A program made the translations under genes and the position numbers. The notes below the pieces were generated by a model that was not told the DNA's origin, did not search any database, and was given only the letters and a program-made list of their open reading frames with translations. A stretch of 64,000 bases of DNA from Octopus vulgaris (taxonomy: Eukaryota), in contig OX597820.1 of NCBI GenBank assembly GCA_951406725.2, forward strand, positions 85,994,001 to 86,058,000. Reading direction: 5' to 3'. This document shows positions 14,401-29,792 of the stretch, piece by piece (the first letter of the stretch is position 1; every line of letters starts with the position of its first letter).

Positions 14401-17000
14401 ATGTCTCAGCAGCTCCAACGCCTAAAATATTATGATCAAGAACAACAGCTGGAGTAATGGATTGATTACTTTTTAGAAGGAATGTGAATGATATATAGAG
14501 AGAGACAGACAAAAAGAGACATAGACAAATAAATACCATCAGGCATTCTGATGTTTTCCATGCATTCATATAACCAAATGTTTTTATTATTGTCAAAGGG
14601 CCACATAGGGTCGAGATAATCAATTCCCCCACTCTAATCCTTCACTCAGGTTTGATTTGCTGATTTCTGAAAGACGAAACACAAAATCAACCTTAAAAAT
14701 CCAGAAATTTTGGTGTTTTGTTTTTTCCTATTTCACAAATAATTGTTTTATCGAAACCAGAAGGATGACTTTCAAAGACACATTGGTGGGACTTGAGATA
14801 TGTATTCACAATATAAAGCTTCGTAACTTAAAGTCACATGGCATTCTGCTAATGTGTGCTGTCCTGGTGTTTTGAAGGAAATTCTTTTGCTATTTCTGAA
14901 ATATCAAAACGTAGGGGGCTCCCTGGTTTATGCCACGTGTGCGTATATATTAGAGCAAGAAATAAGAATAAACAGTCGGAGTTCTGCTGGATATTGATTA
15001 GTGATTATAACCAGTTCATTACACACAAATAACAAATGAACGACTGAATATGTACCTCTTGAATATGAGATGCACTTCTCTTGCTTAAATGATTTTAATA
15101 CTTATCTGGGAAGGAAACGATTTTTCAATGAAGCATAAATGTGTTCATCAGAAATTCGTTAACTAATAGATGACTGGATCATGTTTTCGCTGATGTATAT
15201 GACCACGGTCGTATTTGAACTAATTAGTTGAAAGTTTCGAAATGTTTATGAGCATTATCATTACTACTATTTCTGCTTCAGCCTCATTGCCCCTGTTTAA
15301 ATGATTACCTGGAGACAGTATTAATCCAAAAAAAAAACAAAGTTATCGATCGACTGGGTACCAACGAAATAGCCCAAAACATTTCGCCACTTGAACAGTG
15401 TAGAACAGTATGATGAGGACATAATATGAACCAACCTAAAATGCCTGCTGCAGCTGCTACCACTACCATTACTGATGCTGCTGCTACTACTACTACTGCT
15501 ACTACTACTACTGCAGATCATTAGTGCAGCTAATGTATGGCAATTACATATGGAGTATAATCTGTCTTTTTATAACTAACACGCCATTTATCTTGCAAAT
15601 TTAGAATTGAGCTGAAGTGCATTTCACCTCGCAAAGTAGCACAGTATCACCTTTGGCGTCATACAGAGTGACCACATTCCAAGATGTCATGATTTTTACT
15701 ACTTAATGGAAGCAAATTAACTGAAAGCAACTAACTCAATTCGCTATCATTCATGTAGTTGCCAATATTTGAATGCATAAAATTAATGCTTAGTTATTAC
15801 AGAAATCTGTAATCTGCTATCGTCTCAAACTTATCTAACAGTCCACTGCATCTTAGCAAATTTTGATTTAAAACACAATGCATATGAAAAGAACTGGTGG
15901 TAGTCTAACCTTAGACGGTAAGCTGGCAACATACTTACTGTGAAGGTGTACATTGCAAATAAACTAGTATTAATATTCTGATCCCTTCGAAATCTGAAAC
16001 TGGAATATTTTATATAACATGATATAATTTTTGAAAAATGTAATGTGGGTGTCAATCGATAGATTCTCCGATATTTCAATTTGTTATCAGAACCAGTACA
16101 TCTTGTTTCAGATCCACTTCCATTTTTAAAAGATCTCTTTCATTTTTTCCTCCCTTTTTTCGTTCTGTTTTCTTGCGATTTGTTTTATACTTCGTATTTA
16201 GATTTTAAGTTTTTTGCAAATTTTTCTCCATAATCAATAAGACATAATGAGTTTTTGTTTTTTTAATAAAGGCATTTAATTTTTTTTTTAAAGCCGGTAA
16301 CATAATTTGGTAATCATTACGGGTGAAGAATTTGAGACCAATGTACAGTATCTTGGAATCAGATCAGTGGAAAATTGGAATCAATACTGAAATTCTATTT
16401 GATGATAAAATGAAGAAAATATAATGTTTGTATCAAATCAATATTTTCGTCTGAAATTATATTAATTTCTGAAAATTAAAACAGCCATGAATTCCACCAA
16501 ATATCCTGACTGTACGATGTGACTCTTTCAGACTATATATATTACTTTCATAACGTTTGAATACACATTTAAAGCTACACACACACACGCGCGCAACCCA
16601 CGTTTATGCATTAATGTGCGAGATTTATGTATTATAACATATAAAACCCTTTAAGACATTAACTAAATAGAGAAACGAAAACGGAAGGTGAGATAGAGAC
16701 AGATAGACAGAGAGGTGCGCAGTGGTGTAAGTATGTGTATAAGAAGTATCTTTTAGGCAAAATTTCAAGAACATTGTCAACCTTTCCTTCAAACACGCGC
16801 GCGTGCATATATATATATGTATATATCAAAAAAGCAACAAGGATATCCAAGTTAGAGTAGTACAATTGTTTCATGCTACTTCATTTTATTAAACACTGTA
16901 AGTTTTACATCCGTTTTAAAATGTCGAGCAATCTTCAGCCACATATAGAATTTTCCAATTAAACGGGCAATGCATATTCTTATCCCTATTCATCTGAATA

Positions 17001-17056
<56 letters not shown>

Positions 17057-17151
17057 TATATTTTAAAATTAGATAACGAGGGTAAAAATTAATATTATTT
17101 ATTAAGTTAAACCAGTGGCTATCATACTTAAAAAATATCCGAGGACTGTGA

Positions 17152-17220
<69 letters not shown>

Positions 17221-17229
17221 CGATGTATA

Positions 17230-17286
<57 letters not shown>

Positions 17287-17315
17287 GAAATGTGTGTGTA
17301 TGTGTGATACTATGA

Positions 17316-17605
17316 AGGAGCGTCGCTTACTGGTTATTGCATTTGGCTCCCGATTGTAAGGTCGTGAGTTCGATACCCAGCGGTGTTTTGTGTTCTTGCA
17401 CGTCGCTCCGGTGCACACAGTTGGCAAAAATCAGTTGTACCTGCATTTTAAAGGGCCATCCTTGTCGCATTCAGTGTCACGCTGTATCTGCCAGAGAACT
17501 AAGTTAACGTTGTGTGAGTCTGTTGAGTGCTGAGCCACTTCGACGTTAATTTTACGAACAAGCTGTTCGTTGATCGGAACAACTGTAGCACTCGTCAGTG
17601 TGTGT
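17316..17605 (+). mobile_element. tRNA-derived SINE (family of 60852-61235)
   Basis: B box GAGTTCGATACC. Body AAAGGGCCATCCTTGTC...GAGTGCTGAGCCACTT matches 61060-61150. Confidence 0.8.
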
Positions 17606-17895
17606 AATCGAATCTGAACATAACAGATTTGATTAGAACGAAACATAATTGATTCTAATATTTCGTTTAATATTACAGAATTAAATTCTGGTCTTGTGCC
17701 AAAATTTGAAACCGACATTACAGAATTAGATTAGCAGCACCCTATAACTCAAGCACTGAATAAATAGAAGAAAGATGTCTTTCGTTATTATTTTTAACTG
17801 GAGAATCTCTTGTAAAGAGATTAACCCATTGGCAAACTAAAAATTTTGACGAAACATTCTAGTCAGTGTTCATGTAAATAATAATTCATCTAGAG

Positions 17896-18246
17896 CAGCG
17901 ATTCTTCACCGGGCTCCAGATGATCCTCGAGGGTCCATATAAGATTTTGGTAAGCCATATAATAAAATAATAAATTAGGGGTTCACAATAGTATTTTAAG
18001 AGCCCTTGAGAAAATTTCGCTTTAGATGTATGTATTGGTAGATATTGCAAGAAACAGCTAGGTTTCTTTTCCAAACATTGTTTGTTCATCCTACACAAAT
18101 TAATGTGTGGAAAACAAATAGGAAGTTTCAAAGAAGTTTCTATAAATTGAGCTGTTGGACATCGAATAGTTATGGGGGGCGCCAGAAGAAAATAGCAATC
18201 AAACGGGTCAAAAAGTTGTTTGTTTTTTAATTGTTGAGAACCACAG
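17896..18246. mobile_element. hAT-type MITE
   Basis: Imperfect TIRs CAGCGATTCTTCAC / GTTGAGAACCACAG, resembling CAGTGGTTCTCAAC hAT termini. Confidence 0.55.
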
Positions 18247-19639
18247 GTCAATCTTTTTTCGAATGTGGGCCGCATGAAATATATCTCATCACGAGGTGGA
18301 CCGCACTACCAAAATAGAATCAAGTTAATCTTTCGTTGAGGTGTCGCGGTTTGCACTTGACTACTCACGAGAATCATTCGAAGCTTTATTTCAAATTAAA
18401 TAATTGGACATAATCCATTTCTACTTTCCTTCATCCAATTGTTCACCTCTCCAGAGCTGACCATCCATAAAACTGGCGCTCAACACTTTTTCCAAGTGTC
18501 ATTTTGGCCAATGAGACCCTACCCATTCAATATATATATATGTCCTATTGAAGCATATTTTTTCTTGCGAGGGTTTTGGAATAGAAGTTGTTTTCTACCC
18601 TCTTTTTCAATTGAACAGAGGGTTTCAAACGATGACTAACCGCCTATTTGAGAGAGCTTTAGAAGTATGGCAGTGAACCTCAGCAGGAACCATTTACAGA
18701 TAAATTGTCTGTAACGTAAATGCTGAGGTGATGTTTCTCGAAACACTTTTGATCTACAAGGTCGTTTTCAGGGAAAATATCATCTAGTGTATGAATAATC
18801 TATTTACGTAACATTGTTCATTTTCAAAAATGATGTAACAAATAGCTTTCGGAAACATGGAGATATATAATTTACTCAGCTACCTGAATTGTCGACTTCA
18901 TGTTGTACATGCCTGACACGTTATTGCAACGAAACAGACAAACACAAATTTATACTTATATATAGAATGATACACATATATACATGCACACATCCACGCA
19001 CACACACATGTATATATATATAAACATATAGGCATATGTATCGTGTGTGTATGTGTGCGTGCGTACATGTGTGTGTGTTGGTGTGTATTTATGCGTGTGT
19101 GTGTGTGTCTGTGTGTGTGTGTGTGTGTGTGCGTGCGTGTGCGCGTGTATTCTGCTGAAAGCACTTACAGAATTAGTCATTCTGTTTTCTGAGAATCAGT
19201 TCGGATGAAGTGCAATTGTGGATTTCTGCATTTTATATGTTTGATAAGATAGGTAGCTTTACGTTGCTGGTTATTCAGATTTGTCTAGTGAACTGTTGGT
19301 ATATCAAAAGATTTGATATTCAGGGTATATGTAGTAGTGAATTTGAAGGAAGCATAATATTTGAGATGCATTTAGAATAGGGAATAAAAGAAAGAAATAA
19401 AGAAACAAACATACAAACAAACAAACAAACAAACAAAGTGATTTGAAAATTACTGCGTCAGAGAAAATCTAGATATTCTCTCGGCAGATGTTACCCAACC
19501 GAACTAACATTCTCAACGTTTATTATTCTGCTGATAGAAGATCATAAAAATCTACAAAACGTATAAATCTATGAGTTTGGGGAAAATAACCATGCATGGT
19601 AAATAAAGTATACAATGGAGGGATTGACGACAGGAGTAA

Positions 19640-20490
19640 GAAAGATAAAGTCCCAAGGAATGGTAACGCAAAGGAAAAGGATAATATATACAAGACAGAC
19701 AAAATGACATGTTGATTAGATGAAAAGAGAGAAAATGTATGGTGAATTCTTGCGGAAAATGCCTGAAACAGTAGTCAAAGGTAAGCACTGCGAATAGATT
19801 AGGAAAAGCAACTTGAAAGTTGAAACTGAAGCCCTTATCTTCGCAGGCGAATAACAGGCACTGAGAACGAACTATATCATGTTCAATATTGACAGGTCAG
19901 TGACTTCTTCCTTTTGTAGGTTGAGTGGGGAGAAAGGTCAAAGAATAAACCACATCATTAGGGAATCTAAGATGCTTGAACAGAAGGAGTACACGTGAAG
20001 GTGCAGAAAGATTCCGCGATTGGCTCACTGGAAGATCTGTCATGTGTATGACATGAGGAAAAATCAGAAGTGGTATGAACACCAACCGGAAATTGATGCT
20101 GGAAAGGAACTATACATGATCTTGAGGGACATGACCATCCAGTGTGACCATTTAATTGTAGTTAGAAAACCTGATATTGTTGTCGTAGAAAAGAAAAAAA
20201 ACTCAAAGCAATTATTGTGGATATTGCTTCGCCGTGAGACAACAGGGTGAATCAGAAGGAAAGTGATAAAGTTGAAAAATACCAGGATTTGAATAGAAAA
20301 ATCAGGAAATTATGGAGAGAATCAAGTGGTATCGAGTGGTATCAAGTGGTATCGATTCTGGTAGGCACACTGGGAGCAATTAGTAAAAAGTTGTATGCAT
20401 GGCTTGAGAAGCTAGGAAGTAACATCACGAGGGAAATGTTGGGGAAAACAGCTTTGGTGGGTGTTAGAAAGTTGAAGGAGAAGAAATGAC
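19640..20490 (+). mobile_element. Decayed 3' part of an RLE-type (Dong/R4-like) non-LTR retrotransposon
   Basis: LKVETEALIFA, zinc-knuckle remnant, HWKIC, DMTIQCDHLIVVRKPDIVV, KVEKYQDL, ILVGTLGAI. Confidence 0.85.
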
Positions 20491-20499
20491 ACAAAGAAC

Positions 20500-21335
20500 A
20501 TTTAGCCATTGAGTATGGCTCGCTCGTTTGATATACTACTGGTATAACATCTCCCAGATCAAAAACGTCACCAATAAAAGTAATAATAGAATATTGCCGT
20601 AGAGCTAGAGCTATCTTAAAGACCGAACTTATTGCCGTAAAGAGGACTGGTGCAATCAATATCTTATTTATTCCTATTGTGACCCACAGTTGGACATTAT
20701 AAAATTGTCCATCAGTAAGACCAATAAAACTGACACAAAATCTGTATTGACACCCAATCCAGGATATAGAGTATTTTCGCATAAACAATTGATCATATTG
20801 TTTCTGGCAGACCAAGACTTTCTAACACAGAATATATCCAATGCCACAAGGTAGCAGCATATATCCACTAGATAGCATGCAAAGAATATAACATCAAGAG
20901 CATTGAGAAATGGTATGATCATCAGCCGGAAACACTCATGAGAAATGAGAGCACTTTCTATACTATGATGTATACGTATTTATAAAGATCAGGAAATAAG
21001 AGCAAACTGTCAGGACAATCTTATCAAAGCTGGAAAGGAAAACAAATGCCTAATAATAGATGTCGCAATACCATCAGAGAGAAATACGTCTACAAAAGTC
21101 ATGGAAAAAATATCAAAATGCAAAGTCTTACAGATAGACAACAGCCGGTTGCTGGTAATGAACGTTGAGGTATTTATTATTTCTCGTTATCGGTGCTGTA
21201 GTGTTCGTCAAAACACACCGAGACAAATTCACCGACAAACTGACTTATAACATGAACATCCATCAGCTCCATAACATCAACATCCATGTGTGGTATTACC
21301 CAGCACGCATTTGGCTCTATAAGGAAAAATATCAA
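20500..21335 (+). mobile_element. Second, older RLE-type LINE 3' fragment
   Basis: FLADQDFLT and CLIIDVAIPSERNTSTKVMEKISK motifs; ends at the (TAA)n tract. Confidence 0.6.
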
Positions 21336-21343
21336 TAGTGAAA

Positions 21344-22025
<682 letters not shown>

Positions 22026-22057
22026 AAGGCATACATTGATGAAGGAAAGGATCAGGA

Positions 22058-23420
22058 GAGATCAATGCTTTAGCCATACCAGTCATGACTTAGAGTTTCA
22101 ATACCGTTAACTGGTCAATTACTGAAATATGTAATCTTGACAGAAAAATACGAAAACTGTTTTACAATGCATAGAATGCACCACCCTAAGGCAGATATAG
22201 ATCGACTTTATCTACCAAGAAAGAGGGAGGCCGTGGGCTTTTACAACTGACAATAACAATGAAGGTTGCTACATTTGGCCTAGACACCTACCTGAAAAAC
22301 TCTGAGGGCTGGATGTTAAAACTTGTCTCAAAACATGAAAACAAGAAAGCATCATACTCAGTAACAAAACAGGCAAAGGAATATCTAAGTGAATTCCGAA
22401 TACAACAAATTCCGGAATTAGACACACAAGAAACAAGCACTGAAAAAGCTAAGCGCATGAAAACCCGCGCTAAAATTGCTACCTTAGATATTCTGAATCA
22501 TAAATGCAAGAAAAACCTCTCAATGGCAAATACCCAAAGAGAGAGAATAATGCGGATGCTGACAAAACCCTCACCCATCAATAGCTAATGGCCTCTGGCT
22601 TAAAATCTGAAACAGAAGGGTTTTTCATAACAGCTCGAGATCAATACCTACCTACAAGGAGCTACCAGGCCAACATATTAAAGAACGGCAGTAGCCCAAC
22701 ATGTCGTGTATGTCAACAACAAAATGAAACCATTGATCATGTTGTCTCCAAGTGCAGTCTTCTTGCGCCTACAGAGTATCTCAAAAGGCACGATAGAGCT
22801 GCACAATATATTTACTGGGTAATTTGCAGAAGCCTGGACTTACCCCATGATAAAACCTGGTGGGAACACAAACCACCCCCAGTGCTTGAAAATGACCACA
22901 TCTCAATCCTTTGGAACTTCACCATTCAAACTGACAGAAAGATAGAAGCGAATAGGCCAGACATCATATTGAAGGACTTCAGACAAAAATCATGCCTCCT
23001 CATTGATATGACAGTCCCAATCGATATTAAACGTATCTGCCGAAAACTGAGCAAATATAAAGATCTTGAAATACAATTTAACAAAATGGGGAACCTGAAG
23101 ACTAAAACAATACCTGTTGTTATAGGCGCCCTGGGAATGATAGCAAAAGGGGCTGATTGCTACCTAACTCAGATACCAGGAAACCCCAAAATGCCAGAAA
23201 TTCAAAAATAGTGCTCATGCGAACTGCTCATATCCTACGCAAAATATTTTCTATGTAGTCTCAAGTTTTAAATCAATTTTCTTATGGCTTCTTAAACATT
23301 CTCTAGAACAACGCTATCTACAAAACCAAATATATGGCACCCTAGGCATAACACCAACATGAACTTCCAAATTGTTGTCTCTTGAGATCTCTGGGTGAGA
23401 CTTGGATTCAACGTGTACAA
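22058..23420 (+). mobile_element. 5'-truncated Dong/R4-like non-LTR retrotransposon (post-RT region, CCHC knuckle, restriction-like endonuclease) with 3' UTR and (TAA)n tail
   Basis: MHHPKADIDRLYLPR..GGRGL; ORF 22588-23211 with GLKSETEG, CRVC..ETIDHVVSKC, RHD, RPDIILKD, CLLIDMTVP, KLSKYKDL; frameshifted. Confidence 0.93.
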
Positions 23421-23567
<147 letters not shown>

Positions 23568-24510
23568 TAAAGAAAACACAACAAAAGCTATAAAGCAAAT
23601 GAAATCAAAACTAAAACTAGTATAGCAACGGACCATGATAAAGCGATGGCAAGAAAAGCCCCTTCATGGCAAGTACTGGACTAAACTAAATGCAAAAGAA
23701 ATAGACAAAGAAAAATCCCAGCAATGGTTGAGAATCTCAAGACTCAAAGCAGAGACAGAGGGATATTTAATTGCAGCACAAGACCAAAACCTCTCCACCA
23801 GAAATTACCAAAATCATGCAATGAAAAGAAATATAACAAGTAACTGCAGAAAATGTGGAGATGGACAGGAAACAATAAATCATATTATCTCTGGCTGCCC
23901 AGTCCTGGCTAAGAAGGAATATATTCACAGGCACTACAGAGTTGGGAACTAATTACACTGGAAGCTATGCCAACATTATGGAATAACAACAGAAAAAAGA
24001 TGGTATAGGCACACACCAGAAAAGGTCACAGAAAACGAGAAAGCAACCATACTCTGGAATATACCAATACACACAGATAGAGAATTTATGGCCAACAGAC
24101 CAGATATAGTTGTCAGAGATCATGAAGAAAAAATGCTTTCTAATTGATGTATTAATACCAGCAGATGACAACGTGTCACTAAAAGAAATGGAGAAACTTT
24201 CAAAATACAAAGACCTGGAAATGGAGGTAACTAGAATGTGGAATCTAAAAACAGAAACAATTTCTATCATAGTAGGTGCATTAGGCATGATAAAAAAATA
24301 TTCAGACAAATACATAACAAAAACGCCAGGACTTACAAACACATAACATACAGAAAGTTACACTACTAGGCACTGCACACATTCTACGCAGAACACTTTC
24401 AATACAGTAATAATCAGAGCATCACAACAAATCACAGCACATACCTAAAGGCACACAGAGCTGCGCTCGGTAGAGAAGTGAGTGCACGTTATAAAAATAA
24501 AACTACGGAA
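23568..24510 (+). mobile_element. 5'-truncated Dong/R4-like retrotransposon, second subfamily, with (TAA)n tail
   Basis: WQEKPLHGKY, LKAETEGYLIAAQDQ, CRKC..ETINHIISGC, NRPDIVV, CFLIDVLIP, KLSKYKDL. Confidence 0.93.
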
Positions 24511-24512
24511 TG

Positions 24513-24567
<55 letters not shown>

Positions 24568-24572
<5 letters not shown>

Positions 24573-25495
24573 GCCCTGATGCAGTACCAGACAGTGGCTC
24601 GCATAAAAGATGGGCTACAGCAAATATTCTGCTCAATACCATAGATTTGCTTGTCAGTTGTTTGACCTTAACCAGTTGACCATGTCCCTTAGTGGGTGAT
24701 GATATGTGCATCTCTGATTATGCGCAGAAGTAGTGGGGGAGCTTCATAGCCGTGTGTTGAAGGGAACTCTTAGAGGTTTGCATAATTTACCTTTGGACTC
24801 ATAGGTGGTTCGTAAAACATCCTTAAAGAATCTTTATTCAGGGACCTTTCGAGTGGGATGGGTTACTCAATCAGAAGGAAATTCTAACTGGGTTCCACGT
24901 GCAAGGTACATAGGGAGTTATTCTTGTAGCTTGCTGCCTTAGCGATAATAATAATAATAATTATAATAATAATAATCATGATGATGATGATGATATTGTG
25001 GCTGTAAAGATCAACAACAATAATAAATGTCCGGGTGCAATAATACGCACTTGCACTCATGGCTTCTCATCTTTTCTGTTTGGAAGTTTTATCATATACA
25101 CGTCTTGTCCTGGTACAAATGATGGTCTACAGCAAAAATTATGCTCAATACCACAGATTTACTTGTCAGCTGCTTGGCCTTTAGCATGTCCCTTGGTGGC
25201 TGATGATATGTGCATCTCTAATAACGAGCAGGAATTATGAGGAAGAATCATAGCCATGTGTTGAGAGGAATTCTTTAGGGTTCGAATAATTCGAAACATC
25301 GGTGTTTTGTTCATCATCCTTAAAGCAGCCTCAGTCAGAGACCTTTTGAGGAGATGGATTACTCAACAAGGAGAATTTTCTAGCAGGGCCCCCACCTGCA
25401 ATGTCATGCGCTGTTTATCTTCATACAAGCCCACCATGTCGCACATATATGGTTGTGGTGCATGTGTCTGGTGTGCCTTTATCTGACGAGTAGTC
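24568..25495. repeat. Two diverged copies (24568-24910, 25023-25495) of an unclassified interspersed repeat between (TAA)n tracts
   Basis: Shared GATGGGCTACAGCAAA..TGCTCAATACCA.AGATTT.CTTGTCAG and TGATGATATGTGCATCTCT. Confidence 0.75.
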
Positions 25496-25497
25496 AG

Positions 25498-25563
<66 letters not shown>

Positions 25564-25639
25564 TTCCATTTTTTTATGTGTTTTTATTTTATGTGTTTTT
25601 ATTTTTCAATTATATTTAGTTTTTTTAAACTTTTTTGTC

Positions 25640-26470
25640 AATGCCGGGGTAGTGAGTCTAGTTGAGCGCCCATCACTTATAAAATGCCCCAGTGGCCTGG
25701 ACAAGACCTGTCCTCTGACAGTCAAGCCCGACTGCTTCGCCAAACTAAAAGAAGCGTGGGGAATGGCAAGTATCTGGCGCCTTCAAATAACCAGTGCTCC
25801 AGGTAGTCTGTAGCATTGGATGGCAAGCAGCCTACGAAAAGGAACACTCTGAGTTCAAAATCAGGGGAGCAAGACCCCTGCCGCCTTGGTGGACTACCTT
25901 GATAGAGATGGTGTCTCGATAAGAATACCGTTTGGTAGTAACCTAAAAACACACCTGATTTGTGAGTGAAAATGTGAAGCAAAATAGATGACGATAACAG
26001 TGTGAATGGGAAGGGAACCAATGGTGAAGGTCTCGCACCCAGCAGGTGCCCCACTGTGCAGCAGGGTGGGCATAGTCGTAATGCAGCAACTGCTAGCCAT
26101 GCCACAAGACATAAGTGGTGTAAACATGACGCTTGTGGAGTGTTACTATCGGAGCACTCTAGTAGATGCGAATGGCGTGCCTGTCAGAGGGTACAGAAAA
26201 CAAATGCACAGCGAATGGAAAGCAATGGAAATCTCCGAAATTATTGAACAGAGATTATGTGACAACGTAACGGCAATAAGTGGGAAATACGAAGGTAGTG
26301 GTCAAAGAAGAGACTAGACGTGATACCAATATTAATTGGTGCATTTGGATGTATCGGCACCTAACTACCAACATGGCTGAAAAAGATCAGTGCAAGTGTG
26401 AAGGCAGAACACCTACAAAAATCAGCATTGCTTGGAACTTTCCATCATATCCAACTAAATATGCTGTGAG
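25640..26470 (+). mobile_element. Internally deleted Dong/R4-like element: 5' UTR, ORF N-terminus and short 3' remnant
   Basis: ECYYRS...RGYRKQMHSEWK..I.EQRLCD resembles RLE-LINE N-termini. INWCIW (IGA.G in another frame) and LQKSALLGT (26413) match the C-terminus of the neighbouring copies. Confidence 0.7.
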
Positions 26471-28091
26471 TTTTCATATAACTTCCTCCACTCTCTTTTT
26501 TAAGCTGGCTGTTGAGGCAAACAATGTCGAGGTAACCACTTTGCACACATTTTGATACCCGACGTTTTCTGCCATCTTCTGTATTGCATCGTAATCACAG
26601 TTCAGTCATACTGCAAGCTCGTGGATTGTGACTTATCTGCCACTCACTAGTGATTAGTGTCTGTATTCCAAGGTGATAATTACTACTGCATGAATGGTCT
26701 TCTATCCTGGTACCCACATTTTTAAACTTCTTAAAACATATGTCCATATTGCCCTGTAAATATAGTCCTCTCGGCAAACAAGTTCTGACATCCACAGCCA
26801 GTCTCCCCTCCACCCTTCGTCAAGAATTCAGTGACAGTACGTTGCTTCAACTTGGAATCGATTATTTGCCCGCAATGAAGTGCATAGAAAAATGTTAATA
26901 TAGAGGAAGTTACTTTAACAACTTGTGCAGTTTAAACGACCTATATCAGTTAATAAATGTAGTCATGCCACTTAGCATAACTTTCGGTACAGCCTCCATA
27001 TTTACATTAATCGTAGTCAAGGTTTACCGTGCATCATACTATAGATAAAGCAATCTATTATCTGATAACAAAGGGGCAGAATCAATATTTATATATCCCA
27101 TGGTGAGAGCGATAAAGCCACAATTAGTTGTTTGCGAATCGACACAAGAACGCTATGTCAATAACCCTCAATTAAATATATTTAACCAAATTAAAACCGC
27201 TAATGCTTTTAAGAAACCCATGAAGATCACAATAGCCATTTCGACTTTCCATAAAAAAGAGATAAAAGCAACTACTTAAAAACAATACTTTCAAGCAAAG
27301 TAAAACAAATTATATTTACATAAAGAGGTAAACGCTGCAGAGCTATTTATGTTGAAAATCGACATGTGGAGTAACTCGCGATTTAAGTTCCCGCTGGAAA
27401 CCATTTCGCATCAATTAAATAGATAATACCCCCGAGACAGGAACGTCACATAAATATGATTCCTTTTCCATATAAATTTCTGATCAAGTGCCTAAGTTAG
27501 AAATCGAAATATTTCCAAAAGCTTTTAATGACGCTGAATGCATTCAATAATCTCTTAAAACCAACAGAAGTAGCACTTAGCGTGAAAGCTATCCGTTACG
27601 GAAGAATAATCCAAGCATCGGATTAGGACATTTAATAATAATAAAATGCTTTTATCGCTCCCCTTTGGCGGGCGGATAGCAATATCTCACTATGAACTTT
27701 TGTGACGTGTTAATACGTTGTGGGCCCTTATTAGTTTAAGGAGGTTTGCTATAAACAACAGAACTACAGTGTTACATCATTAAACTTTTCCTCCTGGATC
27801 AACACTATGACAGACAAATGTATCTATCAGTCTCACTCTCTTTCTCTCCCTCTTTATCTATCTATCTATCTATGTATCTCTCTATCTATCTTTATGTATC
27901 TCTCTATCTCGCTATCTATCTCTTTCGTTCTATTTTTCGAGAAACTTTTCATAGACGATATACTCACATACACTATGTTTTTGGATGTTACTATTCATAA
28001 ACGTGCAAATGTATACATCAGACACAGACTCACCAATAATGGAACACTGACCACGTATATCTATTTGCCTTTCTACCTATTAACCTCTGTG

Positions 28092-28675
28092 TGAGGAGGT
28101 GCATGCTTGCTTCATACTCATGCTTCGTGGGGCTGGGGTCATCCCATGTTTGTGATCCCAGAGGCGTCATTGTGTGTAGAGGGGACCAGACCCTCTAGTA
28201 CTCCCTATCGCTGACGGCCCCGTGCAGATCCTCTGCATCATCTAAGATGGAGTTGAACCTCTGGAGATCTTCCTATTTCACATCCAGCCATCTGGTACTG
28301 GGCCTGCCAGGCGACTTCTTCCACCCCGTTCGACGGAGCTGCTGCGTCAAACGAGAGGCCCTGGTAGGATGATCTGGAGGCAGGTAGAGGGCATGTCCGT
28401 ACAAGTGCAAGCAGTAGAACGCTAAGAGTTGGAGGGTGCAGAGTGATGCGTGAGCACGCAGTTGTTCGTTGGAAACATGATAGTACCATCTCATCAACTG
28501 TAGCTGTGGTATGGACCTCGGTGTACTGTAATCCCTATCGAAGTCCCTTAGGCGCTCCTTGGGTGCCATTGCTTTGTCTCCCGGAAGAATAAGCGCCACA
28601 TCTACAACGAGTCGGTCCTTTCCTTCCTCCCCTATCGAGAACAGACGTTATCTTACACCAAGACCCTGACGAATA
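28092..28675 (-). mobile_element. RTE-like LINE 3' fragment
   Basis: WYYHVSNEQLR, LYGHALYLPPDHPTR, GWKKSPGRPSTRWLD, AVSDREY: typical RTE C-terminal motifs. Confidence 0.75.
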
Positions 28676-28700
28676 GGATACATGTGTGTGTGTATATATA

Positions 28701-28915
28701 CAGTAATCCCTTGATCCGGGGGTGTTATGTTCCAAAATATCCTGCGAAGGAGAAACAGTACTGCACTGTATATTTTTTTTTATTTTCATAATTTGTATAT
28801 ATTTATTTTATTATAACTGCAAAGCAACAGCATAGGGGAATCGACGCGAGAGGTGAACTGCGAGAGGTGAACCTTTATAGGTTAAGGTTAACTGCGATAT
28901 GGCGGAGGATTACTG
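28701..28915. mobile_element. Tc1/mariner-pogo-type MITE
   Basis: TIRs CAGTAATCC / GGATTACTG flanked by TA on both sides. Confidence 0.8.
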
Positions 28916-28931
28916 TATATATAAATATATA

Positions 28932-28973
<42 letters not shown>

Positions 28974-29038
28974 TCCCGGGTTGATTCGGGGTTAACCACA
29001 GTAAATAAGGTACTCAATACATAGCAGAGTAAAATTAA

Positions 29039-29345
29039 TTTATTATATAGAAGGAGCTTCTACAGGACTAGAACTGTTTCATTCAAGAGAAATCTTCAGG
29101 AAGCTAGTTAACAAGAATTGTATTGGCATTTATACATTTAGGCAGGTTTAAAGGGGTGTTGGTGGGGGACTTTTTGGGGGTAGGCATAGCGCAAAATATC
29201 ATACTTGGGGGAGTGGTCAAGGAGTCAGTGTTAAATTAGATAGAAGAATAAATAAATAAAAAAATAAATAAATAAATAAAAAAATTTAAAAAAATAAAAA
29301 AAAAATAAAAAATAAAAAAAAATAAAAAAATATATATATATAAAA
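29039..29345 (-). repeat. Left arm of a ~290-bp near-perfect inverted repeat (Penelope pLTR/retrozyme-like) carrying a hammerhead
   Basis: Reverse complement of 34050-34320. One substitution seen in the non-homopolymer part. Confidence 0.9.
29055..29105 (-). ncRNA. Type I hammerhead ribozyme motif
   Basis: AGCUUC-CUGAAGA-U-UUC(UCUU)GAA-U-GAAA-CAG(UUCUAGUC)CUG-UA-GAAGCU: 6-bp stem I, intact core, GUA site. Confidence 0.8.
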
Positions 29346-29761
29346 AAAAAGGGGGGAATAGAGTTTTAGGTAAATAAGGAGATTCTCACTTATACCTATG
29401 CACATATGTATACATATATACACACGCATACAAACATATATACATATACATACACACATACATACACACACATATATATATACATATATATACACTTACA
29501 CATACATATACATATCTACACATACACATATATGTATACATACACACACTCACATGCATACACGTATACACACATGTATATATACACACACGACCACACA
29601 TACATATACACACAGAAAAATATATATACACATACACACACATACTCACATACACGCATACACACACAAATCCATACACACACATGCACACACAGCACAC
29701 TAGTCCCTATATACACATATATACACATACACACATATATACACACACATACATATACATA

Positions 29762-29792
<31 letters not shown>

